A stretch of 64,000 bases of DNA from Tagaea sp. (GTDB taxonomy: Bacteria; Pseudomonadota; Alphaproteobacteria; CACIAM-22H2), in NCBI GenBank assembly GCA_965279525.1, contig CBDIIB010000004.1, positions 352,001 through 416,000 of the forward strand, written 5' to 3'. The position numbers were made by a program, and so were the translations under genes. Positions within the stretch are counted from its first letter, which is position 1. Each line of letters opens with the position of its first letter. Shown here piece after piece: positions 61,632 through 64,000 of this stretch. The notes below the pieces were generated by a model that ran no database searches, was not told the DNA's origin, and saw nothing but the letters and a program-made list of their open reading frames with translations.

Positions 61632-62603
61632 ATGCTGAGCATCTTCCCGCGTCTGCGGATCTTCCCGGACAAGACGGACATAAAGTTCATGAAAGGCCGC
61701 AATGTCGGCCTGGCGGTATCGGCGCTTCTTTCGCTGGTGTCGGTGATCCTGTTCTTCCAGCCCGGCATGAACTACGGCATCGATTTCAAGGGCGGCATCG
61801 TCATCGAGGCGCGCACGGCCGAGGCGGCCGACTTCCCGGCGCTGCGGGCCATTCTCGCCGCCCAGAATGTCGGGCCGGCCGGGCTCCAGCAGTTCGGCTC
61901 GCCTAACGACGTGCTTATCCGCCTCGAGCGCCAGCCGGGCGACGACGCGGCCCAGCAGCGCGCGGTCGAACGCGTGCGCGGCGCCCTCCAGCAGGGCGTG
62001 ACCGGCCTTCAGGTCCGCCGGGTCGAGGCCGTCGGCGCGTCGGTCTCTGCCGAGCTTTTCCAGGCCGGCATGATCGCGCTGGGGCTCAGCCTCTTCGCGA
62101 TGCTGCTCTACATCTGGTTCCGGTTCGAATGGCAGTTCGGCGTCGGCGCCGTGGTCACGCTCGTACTCGACATCACGAAGATGGTCGGCTTCTACGTCGT
62201 GACCGGGTTCCAGTTCAATCTCGTCGCCGTGGCCGCGATGCTCACGGTCATGGGCTATTCGGTCAACGACAAGGTCGTCGTCTACGACCGCGTGCGCGAG
62301 AACCTGCGCAAGTACAAGTCGATGTCGCTGCGCGACCTGATCGACCTTTCGATCAACGAGACGATGTCGCGCACGATCGGCACGTCGATCGCCACGTTCC
62401 TGGCGACCGTGCCGCTGGCACTCTACGGCGGCGAAGCGCTGGAAGAGTTCGCCTGGATGCTGCTCTTCGGCGTGATCCTCGCGACTTCTTCATCGATCTT
62501 CATCGCGGCACCGATCCTGCTGTTCCTCGGCGAGGACAAGCTGCGCCGCGGCCCGCCGCCCGGCAAGGAAGCGGCCGCCGACGGCGCGGTCGCGAAGCCC
62601 TAG
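61632..62603 (+). CDS. secF: protein translocase subunit SecF
   Basis: GIDFKGG, YIWFRFEW, GYSVNDKVVVYDRVRE. Confidence 0.97.
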   Translation: MLSIFPRLRIFPDKTDIKFMKGRNVGLAVSALLSLVSVILFFQPGMNYGIDFKGGIVIEARTAEAADFPALRAILAAQNVGPAGLQQFGSPNDVLIRLERQPGDDAAQQRAVERVRGALQQGVTGLQVRRVEAVGASVSAELFQAGMIALGLSLFAMLLYIWFRFEWQFGVGAVVTLVLDITKMVGFYVVTGFQFNLVAVAAMLTVMGYSVNDKVVVYDRVRENLRKYKSMSLRDLIDLSINETMSRTIGTSIATFLATVPLALYGGEALEEFAWMLLFGVILATSSSIFIAAPILLFLGEDKLRRGPPPGKEAAADGAVAKP

Positions 62604-62613
62604 GTCGATCCCC

Positions 62614-62997
62614 GTGGCCGCCCCGCCGCCGGCCCCGCATCCCGACCGCAAGATCGTCGACGCCTACGGCAAAGGCGCCTTCACGATCCGCGGGCAGCGC
62701 CATGCCGGCCCGATCATCCTGCTTCCCGACGCGGTCCTGCCGTGGTCGTTCGGCGACATCGCAGCACTTACGGTCGGGGATTTCGCGGCGCTCGTGTCGC
62801 TCGAACCTTCGCGCCGGCCCAACATCCTGCTGATCGGCATGGGCACGCGCACGCAGTTCGTGACGCCGGCCGTGCGTTCCGCCCTGCGCGAGGCGGGCAT
62901 GATCGCCGACCTGATGGACACCGGTGCCGCGTGCCGGACCTACAACGTCCTGCTGGCCGAAGAGCGGCGCGTGGCCGCCTGCCTGGTTCCGGTCTGA
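62614..62997 (+). CDS. Mth938-like (NDUFAF3-related) protein
   Basis: LLIGMG, MDTGAACRTYNVLLAEERRVAA. Confidence 0.92.
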   Translation: MAAPPPAPHPDRKIVDAYGKGAFTIRGQRHAGPIILLPDAVLPWSFGDIAALTVGDFAALVSLEPSRRPNILLIGMGTRTQFVTPAVRSALREAGMIADLMDTGAACRTYNVLLAEERRVAACLVPV

Positions 62998-63012
62998 GCC
63001 TCGATCCGATCT

Positions 63013-63043
63013 GAAAACGAAAACGGGGCCCCGAAGGGCCCCG
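63013..63043 (-). terminator. intrinsic terminator after the PuuD-like gene
   Basis: Stem cggggccc/gggccccg with a UUCG loop on the minus strand, followed by TTTTCGTTTT. Confidence 0.8.
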
Positions 63044-63069
63044 CGATCGTCGTTCGCCTGTGTTGGAAA

Positions 63070-63669
63070 TCAGGCGGCGATGTTCTGGGCGCCCACCATG
63101 AAATAGAGCATGGGGATCGAGAACATCGTGTTGAAGCGGCTGGTGATCATCGCCGTGCGCGCCGCCTTCTTCTTGGCGTCCGCGTCGGCTTCGACCATGC
63201 CGAGCGCGATTTTCTGGTTCGGCCAGATGATCATCCACACGTTATAGGCCATGATGATGCCCAGCCACATGCCGATGCCGATGAGCTTGGAAGCGCCGGT
63301 GCCGGTCAGCGTGAGTGCGGCGACGAGGTAGCCGTTCATCATGGCGAGCAGCAGGCCCGTGATGAGGGTCGCGAGTGCGGCCCAGCGGAACCAGAACAGC
63401 GCCGTGGGGGCGATGACCTTGCCGATGGCCGGCTTCTGTTCGTCCGGGATCTTCGGCATCGACGGGATCTGGACGAAGTTGAAGTACCAGAGCAGGCCGA
63501 TCCACATCACACCGGACAGAACGTGCAGCCAGCGCACGAAGAACGTGGCCCACGCATAGTCGGGCTGGAACGAGTTGGTCAGCAGGGCGAGGGCAAGGGC
63601 GAGGGCGACGCCGTAGGCGAGCGCCCTGTCGAGCTTGTCGAGGCCGATCTTGGCGAGAAGGTCGATCAT
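63070..63669 (-). CDS. urate hydroxylase PuuD-family membrane protein (short form)
   Basis: RWLHVLSGVMWIGLLWYFNFVQ, ALFWFRWAA, NVWMIIWPNQK, SRFN. Confidence 0.85.
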   Translation of the reverse strand: MIDLLAKIGLDKLDRALAYGVALALALALLTNSFQPDYAWATFFVRWLHVLSGVMWIGLLWYFNFVQIPSMPKIPDEQKPAIGKVIAPTALFWFRWAALATLITGLLLAMMNGYLVAALTLTGTGASKLIGIGMWLGIIMAYNVWMIIWPNQKIALGMVEADADAKKKAARTAMITSRFNTMFSIPMLYFMVGAQNIAA

Positions 63670-63696
63670 TGTTCTTTTTCTCCGTATGGGCGGCTG

Positions 63697-64000
63697 TCAC
63701 GCACCGGCCTGATCCGGCGGATGTCCTTGTAGAATCGCCTGGGCCGCGCGACGACCAGAGCGAATCGCTCCTTCTATTGTCGGCGGAACGCCGGTCTGCG
63801 TCCAGTCCCCGGCCAAAAACAGGTTGAGTGCCGCCGTAACCGGGCCTGGCCGCCGGTTTTCCTGGGCCGGCGTCAGGCGCAGTGTGGCGCGGCGTTCCTT
63901 GATCGTGCGCGCTGGCGGAACGGGCAAAGGCGGCAGGTCCAGTGCGCTCGCCACGTCGCGCCAGAGCAGGGCCGCCAGTGCTTCCGGCGGGCGCTCGACG
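63697..64000 (-). CDS. hpnE: hydroxysqualene dehydroxylase HpnE-like FAD oxidoreductase, 3' part
   Basis: LWRDVA...IKERRAT...NLFLAGDWTQTGVPPTIEGAIRSG. Partial, runs off window. Confidence 0.75.
   Translation of the reverse strand, partial: VERPPEALAALLWRDVASALDLPPLPVPPARTIKERRATLRLTPAQENRRPGPVTAALNLFLAGDWTQTGVPPTIEGAIRSGRRAAQAILQGHPPDQAGA

Overview
GC-rich alphaproteobacterial (Rhodospirillales-like) chromosomal core region with about 70 genes. I saw no tRNA, rRNA, CRISPR or mobile element. The backbone follows familiar alphaproteobacterial synteny: rpsF-rpsR-DUF2232-rplI-dnaB-alr-mlaEF-radA-cvpA-purF; fabD-fabG-acpP-fabF-mltG...yicC-gmk; lptFG-surA-rsmA / pepA-holC-ndk; purMN / DUF2066-pgsA-like-AI-2E-hdaA; xth-erpA / dgt-argS-SPOR-nagZ-scpAB-tatABC-surE-pcm-LysM/M23; DUF815 / yajC-secD-secF-Mth938. 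Main points of interest: (1) YajC carries a C-terminal DnaJ J-domain-like module from which the HPD loop has been deleted; (2) an inserted module of an OmpR regulator, a tandem direct repeat, a single-domain globin and an unannotated 50-aa ORF ending in LAA; (3) an amicyanin-like cupredoxin placed before a hybrid kinase and a single-domain receiver; (4) lptD, pdxA, serS and ppk are absent from their usual positions; (5) three net +1 frameshifts (mlaE twice, LysM/M23 once), probably sequencing errors; (6) an unannotated cytochrome oxidase subunit IV-like ORF and a candidate sRNA. All product calls come from motifs and synteny recognised by eye, with no database searches.
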